From Octopus sinensis (lineage: Eukaryota), in the NCBI RefSeq assembly GCF_006345805.1, contig NW_021825397.1:1-20799 (forward strand): a stretch of 20,799 bases of DNA, given 5' to 3'. The notes beneath the pieces were generated by a model that did no database searches, was not told the origin of the DNA, and saw only the letters and a list, made by a program, of their open reading frames with translations. Positions 1 through 9,894 of this stretch are shown piece after piece; the first letter of the stretch is position 1, and every line of letters starts with the position of its first letter. The translations under genes and the position numbers were made by a program.

Positions 1-309
1 TATATTATTTCGATTTGAAAAGTTTCAATCAGCAGTTTATGACGATTGGCGGTGGAAGTGGAAGAGTTAAAATGAGAGAGTGGGGAGAGGGAGTGATAGA
101 AGAGAGAGAGGGGAAAGAAGAGGAGGAGAGTTGATGTGTACAATTGTGAGTGTGTGTGTGTGTGTCTGTGTGTGTGATGCAATTAGTTACACAACCCTGC
201 CTAATCTTTTCTTTAATATGAAACTGGAGGGAATATCACATTAACGATTGCGTTAAATGATATAAGTTTACTGAGAAGTGAGTGAAAAGTTTAGCCGGAA
301 AAAAATTCC

Positions 310-358
<49 letters not shown>

Positions 359-435
359 GTAATAATAATAATAATAATAATATAATAATAATAATAATGA
401 AAATAATAATAATATTAATAATAATAATGATAATG

Positions 436-467
<32 letters not shown>

Positions 468-468
468 A

Positions 469-503
<35 letters not shown>
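310..503. repeat. (AAT)n microsatellite switching to (TTA)n
   Basis: AAT run about 310-468 followed directly by a TTA run about 469-503. Confidence 0.95.
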
Positions 504-504
<1 letters not shown>

Positions 505-546
505 TGCCAATAGGGCCGGCATATGGGAGAAGATACAGTAGAAAAT

Positions 547-778
547 GCGGTGAGAGCTGGCAGAATCTTCAGTACGTCGGGCGAAATGCTTAGCGGTATT
601 TCTTCTGCCGTTACCTTCTGAGTTCAAATTCCCCCGAGTTCGACTTTGCCTTTCATCCTTTCGGGGTCGATTAAAGAAGTACCAGTTACGCACTGTGATC
701 GATATAATCGACTTAATCCGTTTGTCTGTCCTTGTTTGTCCTCTCTGTGTTTAGCCCCTTGTGGGTAGTAAAGAAACA
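547..778 (+). mobile_element. tRNA-derived SINE, family 1 (octopus OK/OR-type by recall)
   Basis: tRNA-like head with A-box-like TGGCAGAATC and B-box GTTCAAATTC (622-631); central GCCTTTCATCCTTTCGGGGTCGAT..AAGTACCAG block; tail ending GTGGGTAGTAAAGAAACA. Second copy at 11358. Confidence 0.85.
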
Positions 779-1864
779 GGACACAGTAGACATGGACAGT
801 GGGGATTTAACGCTGAGACAACGAGTACACAGTTAAAAGAATAACAATGATATCCGACAAAAGAATATAACAATGAAAGTTCGTAATAGGTGCAGGTAAT
901 CCCCTGGAGTTGGCTCAGGTACCCACACCCCAATCCTGAACCACTCGACGCTTCGAGGGCATCTGGGAAGAGCACTCTCCTCCCTCTCAAATTCACTAGC
1001 CCAAAGGCGTGTTATTAGAGTAGGTCCACTCACACGTACCATTTTCTCTGTTCATCCACCTTTTGGCAAATGTACTGGGAGGCAGCACTTCACTCTGCAC
1101 CCTCATCTTCCTTTCCAAAGGAAATTTGAAAAAGTTGACGAGTGATTGGCCGTAGAGAAAAGTCTCTGTCTTTAGTCCGTTTAACCTGGACCACAATACA
1201 GCCTCTTTCGCTACTGCTATTAGACAGAAGTAAATTGCCTGACCTTCCGGACTAATGGAAAGCGGCTGAGCGATCTTCACTACGGACTCGGCCGATAGAT
1301 AGAAACTGCCTACACTTAATAACAGCTTTTCAACATAACTCCATAAGTCAGTAATGCAAGGACACTGGACGAGTGCGTGCAGAACGCTTTCATCGCTCTG
1401 CGCACATGTCGGGTAGGTCGGTCAGACAGCACTTCGTGCTTGTAGTTTTTATCTCGAACCGGCAGTGCCCCCCGATAGCACTGCAAAACAAGGGACATCT
1501 AGAAGTTATCCATCGTCCCCGTCTTGAAAGTCCTCCTCAACAGACTGATTAGTTCAATTTTGTCAACGCCTAACCTCTCTCCAAGTGCTTCATCGCACTA
1601 TCCCTCCACTAACCCTCCATAGAACTTCAGAGTGGATTTTCCACTGATCGCATTGCCCACCTGGTAGAGGACAGTGAGTGCCTAGCAACATTCCAGATGC
1701 CAGTAACACTTCCTCGGTCTCTTCTTGAACCAGGACTGCAGCTTACTCAAGGAGATGAGATGTGGAAAGCCTGTTTGACAAACGATGACCACACCTGTTC
1801 ACCATTTACGCAGAATGTTTGGAGATGCCGCAGCCCCAGTTCATGTCTTCCACAGCATGCCCAG
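779..1864 (-). mobile_element. 5'-truncated Tx1/L1-clade LINE, family A (ORF2 C-terminus plus 3' UTR, frameshifted)
   Basis: Minus-strand peptides LGM..RHELGLRHLQTFCVNGEQVWS, LQCYRGALPVRDK, a decayed CCHC zinc knuckle (..DESVLHALVQC) and AKEAVLWSR..RW, typical of the Tx1 ORF2 C-terminal region. Homologous to the family B peptides in this window. Confidence 0.85.
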
Positions 1865-2717
1865 TGTTCCGGAAATCGGAAAGCGAAAGCACAAAAACGA
1901 AAATGGGAAAAGGGAAAAGTAAAAACACCATTTAAGTGTTCTCCTTGTTAGACCTTTAATTATAAGGCTAAAAATATATCAAAAATGTAATCAAGAATAG
2001 ACGGAATTTTCCAGATCTTCAAAATATATTTATACTTGACAACGACTGAAAATTCCCGACCTAGATTCCAATAGAGAATTAAGCATCTTAGATCTGAACA
2101 GGATATGCATTCTTTCAGCTAAACAATGTTTATATTTATTCGATCCATTCACATAAGTTATGGATTCTCAATTACTTCCCATCCAGTCACATGTGGTGTT
2201 TCGTTTTCTTCCAAACTTGGCCAGTTTCGTAGCTTTACTTTTGGCCTATGTCGGAAGGGGATTATGTGATTGGCATAACGACTTTAAAATTCACCTTTAA
2301 TAAGCAAAAGAATAAAAGAATAAAAATATTGTGTGTGTGTGTGTGTACATGCATACAAAAATACACCCACATACGCACGGATATGTACATAAGCGCGCTC
2401 ACACACACATATAGGCGTATGGATTATTGTTTCGGTAAGTTGTGTCCACGAGAAAGACACTTCCAGTGCTCTCATCTGAAAAGCACCAGCATTAACCAGG
2501 GGTTAACATTGCGACAGACTGGTATCCTGTGTGTTGTATCCTTGGGTGTTGAAATACGTTCGATACCGAGATATACTGGGGGCCTAATGAGCCTGTAGAT
2601 CAGGCAGAGAATTTAGCTTAGAAAATGCTTTAATGTAGACATTCAGGCATGCGCAGTCAAGTGTTTGTGTAACGTTTATGGAGGAAAAGTCGATATGAAT
2701 ATGACAAAAAAAGAAAC

Positions 2718-3185
2718 ACCCTATTTTCCGGTGTATAAGCCGCTATTTTTTACCTGGGAAATTTAGTGTGCCGCTTAGAGAAAGGTGCGCCTAATGTGTG
2801 TAACTTTTTTTATAGTTCCAGGAGGAAAATAATTTGTGTATGGAGATCGAATGATTCCACTGATTTTTTTGGAGGAAAGGTCAGTCGATGAAAGACTATT
2901 GCTACAGGACATTTGTGCCTGGAAGAAAACAAAGCACATTTGTTTTGTTTTAACTTCATGTTTTGATAATGTTTTTTTTTATCCAATAAAGAATTTAATA
3001 TTGACGGAAGGTGTTTGTTGCTGATTATAGTAAGATAAAATAAAAAAAATCAACAATACATCTCAAAGTTGAAGAATAAAACATTTTGAAAATACATACA
3101 CATCAACAACAACAAAGCTAGCAGCGGTCACGTGGTTCCATAAGTCTTTATAAAACACCGGTAGGCTTTATGTGTGGATAAAACC
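2718..3185 (+). mobile_element. Possible Tc2/pogo-like DNA transposon remnant
   Basis: Left end CC(G/C)TATTTTCCGGTGTATAAGCCGC resembles TcMar-Tc2 termini, with subterminal GGTGCGCCTAAT. No clean right TIR, so the right boundary is uncertain. Confidence 0.45.
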
Positions 3186-3189
3186 AAAA

Positions 3190-3830
3190 TTGTCCCCAAA
3201 ATCCCAAGCTAAACTTCACAATACAATAATACAAACATTAATAAGCCACCTCAATTGTATAATACTAATCTTAAGCCAACATTCTACAACCCTGTCTACG
3301 AGACGACAAATATTAGTTCCATTACAACCTCTCAATCCGATACTAATATAAATCCTAATTTAGATTCTCCCCACTAACAACAAACCAACCAACATCAACA
3401 TTACTAATAGTAAACCCCAACCACTTGCAACTGTCGCGCTTCTGAAATATATGGTATGCAGACACCTGTCTCCTCAAAAGCGTAATCTATAAGTCCCACG
3501 TGATTACCCCATGCACCCACCAGGCAAGGGTGTATATTAATGGCACTGAGGATTTTCAATGTCGTTGTCGTGCTCATATGTATTCTTTCACTAATCCCGA
3601 ATCTAAACTATTTCAATCTTTAGCAACACACATATACAACCTCAATTCAAAACAATGTCCAACACGCTCTATCGTCGTCCATAGTATGTGAAGCTCCCCT
3701 CTACAACACAAATATAGGTAAATGTATGTTATGTATAAAAGGGTCATTAACTATTCTTCGCCTCCACAACTCCTCACTGTTAAATTCTCTGACGTTATTT
3801 TTTATCGTAAGCATAAATACTGCCCGACAT
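3190..3830 (+). mobile_element. Penelope-like element remnant, GIY-YIG endonuclease region (pseudogenised)
   Basis: Across frameshifts: TCNCR...TCLLKSVIYKSHV...RVYINGTEDFQCRCRAHMYSFTN...SLATHIYNL...YNTNIGKCMLCIK...LLNS. This matches the CNC / VIY-YIG / CxLC / LLN layout of Penelope endonucleases. Confidence 0.8.
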
Positions 3831-3954
3831 TCATGCACTTCCCTAATTCCAAAAAAATAAAGCTGTAATGTAAAACAAGTGTCAACCTGACAATCGACAA
3901 GTGAACACATTCCAAATAGCAAATATGTGTGTGGTGTTATGTATACATATGTAT

Positions 3955-3980
3955 GTATGTATATATATATATATATATAT

Positions 3981-4072
<92 letters not shown>

Positions 4073-4092
4073 TATATATATATATATATATA
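3955..4092. repeat. (TA)n microsatellite
   Basis: Direct observation; counterpart at about 14740-14889. Confidence 0.95.
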
Positions 4093-4611
4093 TGAGCATA
4101 TGCAATACATATGAAATATCCAAAATTGCATTTACAAATACCTATATATACATACAAGCTCTTACATACATACATGCAAACACACACACATATACGCACA
4201 TTATATACATATAAACTCCTACATTAATACACAGTATTAAAAACATTAAGTAGTCAGCATATATATATAGATACCTACAGAAATATAAATATCTATATAA
4301 CACGCATCCCAAATTTATTCCAAGTATTATGATCAATCGATTTTTCATCCTCCTCTCAGCCTCCTAAATCTCTCCAACACATATCACAAATTTCCTCAAA
4401 TTTTTGCTTTTCAACCGTCTCTACTCTCATTTGACCCATCTCGGCTTGAAACAATAATTAACAAAAGTCAAATACTAAGAAAAATACCGACCCGATTTTT
4501 TGTACTACTAACATTCTTAACCACTCCCTCGTACCTGAAAAGTGTCCTTAAAAAATACCCCACGTAACTTGAGATGGAATTGCTGTTTGTTTTGGTAACA
4601 GGTAGAAGGGG

Positions 4612-4826
4612 ATACCCCTTCAACATTCAGATGAATTACTTATTTATTCACATCGTTTAAAATTAAACATACGTAATCTTCTGGCTTTGAGATTTTGATT
4701 ATGTGATTGCTTACTTTTAGAATAACTTTGCATGGTGGTTGTGAAAAGGCTGATCTGTTCAGTTTCCACAGAAAACAGGAAGAATATTTGGGCCCGACGT
4801 GGCCAGTGCCAATGCTAATGGGTTAA
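4612..4826. mobile_element. piggyBac-like MITE (degenerate)
   Basis: Right end AATGCTAATGGGTTAA (GGG plus TTAA). The left end ATACCCCTTCAACATT is a decayed inverted counterpart. About 215 bp, non-coding. Confidence 0.6.
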
Positions 4827-5473
4827 CTGAAAATTACTGAAGTAAAAAGAAAAGCATAAAAAACATTTTAGGTAATTTGGGGACCCAAATTTATGAAGTC
4901 TTAAGGGTGGAGAACCTTTTTATCCCATCCTTAATGCCGTTGAGGAGACTGGACAATGGCCAATAGAAGGCCGATATAATATAATGAAAATCGTAACTTA
5001 CCAATAAAGTGCTGTTAGTCTCTGTTCGTAAGAGGTAGTGAATGTTTATATATATCTATATATATATATATGTGCGCATATATATATATTGCGTCATTTG
5101 TTTATACTGGTGGTACAGTTTTCAACCAGCAGGATGTAACCTGATGCTAATGCTTATAATATACATGCAGCAGAAAGGCGTGTCGTTCACAGGTTTAAAA
5201 TAACTAAATTGCATTGTATATAAAATATGCTAAAAAGTAAGTTACTTCATGTGTAACATTTAATTCTTATTTTAATGTCTTTTACACAGGATAAAACCCG
5301 AAATAGTGAACTCGGAATTTTGGAACTAAGTGAAAGACAATGATTGTTTACCATAAAGATTTTCCCGTTTTGCCGGACCATTCGATGTGGTTTACCAGAG
5401 CCTGGATTGTAGTACAATGCTTGTAAGTTGCGTCCCATGATTTGATTTTCCTCTCCCTTTATATTATGTATAT

Positions 5474-5676
5474 GTGTGTGTGAAAGTGTGTGTCTGCGTG
5501 TGTGTTTGTGTGTGTGAAAATAAGTAAATGTAAATGAATGTATATATGTGTGTTTATATATGTGTATATCGATATATGGAGAGACGTAATAGATAGAGAG
5601 ATAGAAAGATAAAGATAAAGACAATGATTGATAGAGAGATAGCTAGACAGACACATGATAGTTTGATAGATAGATT

Positions 5677-5722
<46 letters not shown>

Positions 5723-5747
5723 AATATAAAGATAGATAGATAGATAT

Positions 5748-5804
<57 letters not shown>

Positions 5805-5915
5805 CAGAAAGATGGAAAGATAGAGATAGATAGTCATAGATAGATAGATTGATTGATAGATAGATAGATAAATAGATACATAGATAGATAGATGGATAGA
5901 TAGAGATAGATGGAC

Positions 5916-5970
<55 letters not shown>

Positions 5971-6252
5971 TGTTTCTTTATTAGCCACACAGGGCAGCAC
6001 ACAGACAGACCAAATTACAAGGTAGAGCTTTTCTTTTGGGGGTAAGTGTGTGTCTGTGTGAAAGTGTGTGTCTGCGTGTGTGTTTGTGTGTGTGAAAATA
6101 AGTAAATGTAAATGAATGTATATATGTGTGTATATATATATATGTATATCGATATATGGAGAGACGTAATAGATAGAGAGATAGAAAGATAAAGATACAG
6201 ACAATGATTGATAGAGAGATAGCTAGACAGACACATGATAGTTTGATAGATT

Positions 6253-6318
<66 letters not shown>

Positions 6319-6323
6319 AATAT

Positions 6324-6360
<37 letters not shown>

Positions 6361-6627
6361 AAGATGGAAAGATAGAGATAGATAGTCATAGATAGACAGT
6401 GATAGATAGATAGATACATAGATAGAGATATATAGACATAGATAGATAGATAGATTGATGGATAGATAGATAGATAAATAGATACATAGATAGATAGATA
6501 GATGGATAGATAGAGATAGATGGACATAGATAGATAGATAGATAGATAGATATGTTTCTTTATTAGCCACTCAGGACTGCACACAGATAGAACAAATTAC
6601 AAGGTAGAGCTTTTCTTTTGGGGGTAA
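5474..6627 (+). repeat. Local tandem duplication of a ~575-bp (TG)/(GATA)n unit including the Tx1-B 3' end
   Basis: Units 5474-6045 and 6046-6627 both run GTGTGAAAGTGTG...(GATA)n...TGTTTCTTTATTAGCCAC...TTTTGGGGGTAA. Copy 2 has a single unit (about 19210-19785). Confidence 0.9.
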
Positions 6628-7694
6628 AAAAAAGGGGGTTGGGTTTCGATCAAAAGGGATCGTAAAAGGAAAGAAAGAGGACAAAAAAAGGGGAGGATTT
6701 TTTTTAAAAAGTGGGGAGAGGGAAAAAAATAAAAGAAAAGGGGAGAGGAAAAAAAGTTGATCAATAGGGATCGTAATCACAGAAATGTCAATATGAAGCG
6801 TAAAGAAAAGCCTACGGAAAAACCACGGTAACCTCGGTCAATGAAGTCACATGTTATATTTCTTTCTTTTATTTTTTTTGCAAATAAGCAACTCTCTGTA
6901 TTAATTTTTACGGTTCATAGAATCATAGTCAAGGTGGCTTCGTCATTCATACGTGCTATCCTTGCTACATTCACCCATCTTTTTTTAAACATTCGCTAGA
7001 CAAAATTTGCCTCTCTACTCTCACTTTCCTCTTCATGTGATACTTGAAGAAGTTGATGAGAGATTGCCAGAGAGGAAAGTGTTTGTCTCCAATCCTTTCG
7101 GGCGAATCCACCAGATCATTCTTTCGCCATAGCCCAAGTATGATAAAAATAGCTCTTCCTTCCCGTTTGAAGGAAGGAGGCGTGACGATATTAACGATAG
7201 ACTCGGCTGATAAACCGACACGTCCCACACGTGACAGCCAGTCGTTTCGACATAAGCCCAAAGTCGGAAATTGCTGGACACTGAACGATTGCGTGCAGAG
7301 CGGTTTTCGTCGCTCTGCCCGCATCTCGGGCAGTCGGCCCCCGTGTTTCTCGAGCCATGCCTATAGAGCACCTGTTCACCGTCGTGAACATAGAGCCGGA
7401 GATGTGGCAGTCTCAGCGCGTGTCTGCGCATCATCACCACGCCATGCCACCCTTCTTTTAACGGGTGTGGCAGCAATGGATCGCCTGACCGTCGGGACGC
7501 ATCCTTTCCACAAGAAGCGGAAGAGGAGGCGTTCTAGTTTGGTGATGGTAGGGTCGGACAAGGTACGACGGTCAGGCGGTCAGTAGATGGCGGACGCGAT
7601 GTAGGCTTTCGCCACCTCACCCGACCTTTTAGGGACACTTTCCTCTCGGCCCATTGCTGGGCGAGAGTGACAACCCTACTCGTTTATCTCGTTC
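6553..7694 (-). mobile_element. 5'-truncated, internally deleted Tx1-clade LINE, family B
   Basis: Peptides SRVVTLAQQWAERKVSLKGR, KLERLLFRFLWKG, MMRRHALRLPHL, CPRCGQSDE..LHAIVQC (CCHC), LINFFKYHMKRK. The 3' UTR ends AATAAAGAAACA followed by (TATC)n. Confidence 0.9.
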
Positions 7695-7725
7695 AGATAG
7701 ATAGATAGATATGTAGATATATAGT

Positions 7726-7773
<48 letters not shown>

Positions 7774-7774
7774 G

Positions 7775-7805
<31 letters not shown>

Positions 7806-7843
7806 GATATAGATAGAAGATCGATTGATTGATCGATAGATAG
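7695..7843. repeat. (GATA)n microsatellite abutting the Tx1-B 5' junction
   Basis: Direct observation. Confidence 0.95.
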
Positions 7844-7975
7844 ATTATTTTCTATTGTTGCATCCCTTAAAATTTCAGGAACACAAACCATAGAGCTTCA
7901 ATTCCCGTTCGCTGTCTTCGATGAGATCCGACAATTCTAATTTATGGCGTGAATTTAAACCATAGCTGTAACAAT

Positions 7976-8117
7976 TCTTACGTTTGTCATCCATTGGGCT
8001 GCGCCTATGCTGGGGCACTGCTTAAAGTGTTTAGTCGCACAAATCGACCCCAGTATTTGTTGTTAAGCCTGCTGCGTATTCTCGCGATCCCTTCCGCTGA
8101 TTTGCCTAGAGTTACGC
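7976..8117 (-). mobile_element. Old, degenerate 3' fragment of SINE family 2
   Basis: The reverse complement (..AGGCTTAAC..CTGGGGTCGATTTGTGCGACTAA..GCAGTGCCCCAGCATAGGC..) aligns by eye with 18290-18425. Confidence 0.65.
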
Positions 8118-8401
8118 AACTTTATACTTTTGATTTTTTTATTATTACTTACCAGAAAAAAGAAAAACATGAATGCAATTATCGTCAGCGGCAGGCAATT
8201 CTGAATCAGACGTAATGCTTTGAAATGACGTGGTAAAAATGTGAAAAGTTCAAGTGGTTGTAAGGAATTTAAAGATACCGATCGGCCAAATTACTGGGAC
8301 GTAAAAACCGGAACCTCTTCCCAAGCGGTCATAGTGGATAAACTGAAACACATACACATATACATACACACGCCACATATACATAGATATATACATATAT
8401 G

Positions 8402-8439
<38 letters not shown>

Positions 8440-8621
8440 TAAGCAATAAGGGTTAGCAACGAATTGCCTTACCACATACTGAATTTAGAAATAGCAGTCA
8501 AAGGGTTATAGCTATTTCTTCTACTAAAAGGGAGATCTCAGTAAAAACAGCAATTGGAAGGCAGACACACACAGGTAAGAGAGAATGAATTGACTGCAAT
8601 CTATCATACATTTTTAAGTTA

Positions 8622-8727
8622 TCTACTGCGTACGTTTCAAAATCAAGTTTTTTAGGAAAGCATAAGAATTAAATATTAAATATTAATAATTCTATCTTAC
8701 CGAAACTTCTTTTCTCTTCAGCGTAGA
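8622..8727 (-). ncRNA. Type-I hammerhead ribozyme, degenerate copy
   Basis: CUACG-CUGAAGA...UGAAAC-GUAC-GCAGUAG; the GUC cleavage triplet is disrupted relative to 9209-9313. Confidence 0.6.
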
Positions 8728-9208
8728 ATACTATAATCAAAATGATTATATATTGAATTTTGAGATACTAGAAGGCACCACTCAACTCAGTATCAGAGCG
8801 AGCTAGAATCCGCAACTAGTATCACCGAATTCAATTTGTGAATGAAACGATTGTGTCACCAGCCCCTTCCCACCCGCGTGTAGCCAAAACAAGATGCTGG
8901 TCATCTACTGAGATAAAATATGGTTATCCGTAATAATGAAGTTGAAATTATTAATTTGGATAATTATCAATTACACCAGTAGTCTTCGGCATGTAAAAGC
9001 ATCATTCGAGGAAAATTAAGTAATACTAAGCAATAAAGGGTTTAGCAACGAATTGCCTTACCACATACCGAATTTAGAAATAGCAGTCGAAGGTTTATAG
9101 CTATTTCTTCTACTAAAGGGAGATCTCAGTAAAACAGCACTTGGAAGGCAGACACAAACAGGTAAGAGAGAATGAATTGACTGCAATCTATCATACATTT
9201 TTAAGTTA

Positions 9209-9313
9209 TCTACGGACGTACGTTTCGAAATCAAGTTTTTAGGAAAGCATAAGAATTAATATTAAATATTAAATAATTCTATCTACCGAAACTTCTTTTC
9301 TCTTCAGCGTAGA
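9209..9313 (-). ncRNA. Type-I hammerhead ribozyme, intact core
   Basis: UCUACG-CUGAAGA-[long stem II GAAA..AAGUUU..AGAAUUA / UAAUUCU..AAACUU..UUUC]-GAAAC-GUAC-GUC-CGUAGA: 6-bp stem I and palindromic minimal stem III. Confidence 0.85.
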
Positions 9314-9478
9314 ATACTATAATCATAATGATTATATATTGAATTTTGAGATACTACGGCACCAACTCAACTCAGTATCAGAGCGAGCTAGAATCCGCAA
9401 CTAGTACCACCGAATTCATTTGTGAATGAAACGATTGTGTCACCATACATAAGTGGTGTGTGTGTGTATATATATATA

Positions 9479-9890
9479 ACAAAGTAAGTTTGGGCTACTA
9501 ATAAATATATATAATTGAAATAGGATAAAATTTTTACGAGGATTTATCAAGTAGTTTTGTGAAAAACCTCAGAAGGGATAACTTATTAATTATTCCCTAT
9601 GAATATATTTATATATATTAAGGGCATTACTTATACATAAATGCCTCACGCTAGGAGGGTCTCTTGAAGTATAAACTACTATAATGCCCACATTGTACAA
9701 AACGCGAGGGAATGCAACTCTCAAAGCGAGCCTCCAGAAACAGACGTAGCTGAACATCATATGATTCCGTAATTAGTGCACAAAATCCACTTTTCACTCA
9801 TCAGCGCAGCCTTTGTCAAGACATAAAAATTAACAAAAATCAACGTACCAGACGAACACTTGCATCCTTGCGTTTGATACGATGTGGTTA
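9479..9890 (-). mobile_element. Probable second Penelope-like pLTR fragment
   Basis: Non-coding, AT-rich, starts at a TA run and contains a decayed hammerhead at 9749-9810. Boundaries approximate. Confidence 0.45.
9749..9810 (-). ncRNA. Degenerate type-I hammerhead motif
   Basis: GCUGCG-CUGAUGA-GUGA..AGUG..CACU..UUAC-GGAA-UCAUAUGAUG-UUCAGC. Palindromic stem III AUCAUAUGAU; GAAA changed to GGAA and NUH to AUG. Confidence 0.5.
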
Positions 9891-9894
9891 TTAT

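Larger units (their letters stand above)
1..7370 (+). repeat. Segmental/tandem duplication, copy 1 (starts before the window)
   Basis: 1-5105 aligns colinearly with about 10298-15904, and 5104-7370 with 18844-20480. Near-identical translations recur in the ORF track (2836 vs 13615, 3500 vs 14280, 3701 vs 14481). Confidence 0.95.
8436..9445 (-). mobile_element. Penelope-like partial-tandem terminal repeats (pLTR) or retrozyme-like element, period 587 bp
   Basis: 8436-8861 is repeated at 9023-9445 with a 161-bp spacer. Each unit carries a hammerhead motif. It abuts (TA)n at 8404-8437. Confidence 0.75.

Noticed and set aside
2495-2535. GGGGTTAACATTGCGACAGACTGGTATCC, reminiscent of a SINE central domain
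   Set aside because: Too short and degenerate to support without a search.
2836-3024. 62-aa ORF conserved in both duplicates
   Set aside because: Non-ATG start, no recognisable motif; its conservation is explained by the recent duplication.
4535-4575. Hammerhead-like CTGAAAA-GTG...CAC-GTAAC downstream of the GIY-YIG relic
   Set aside because: Both core segments are mismatched, there is no convincing stem I or III, and copy 2 is further decayed.
3882-6584. Long ORFs rich in IY / YLSI repeats (also 14582-14929, 19195-19914)
   Set aside because: These are translations of (TA)n and (TATC)n microsatellites, which lack stop codons in some frames; not proteins.
7044-7586. 180-aa plus-strand ORF
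   Set aside because: It is antisense to Tx1 ORF2, spans a copy-specific deletion junction and is disrupted in copy 2.
8436-9445. Direct repeats as LTR retrotransposon or CRISPR
   Set aside because: No TG..CA termini, primer-binding site or polypurine tract, and no short repeat-spacer periodicity. The hammerhead content fits Penelope-type repeats.
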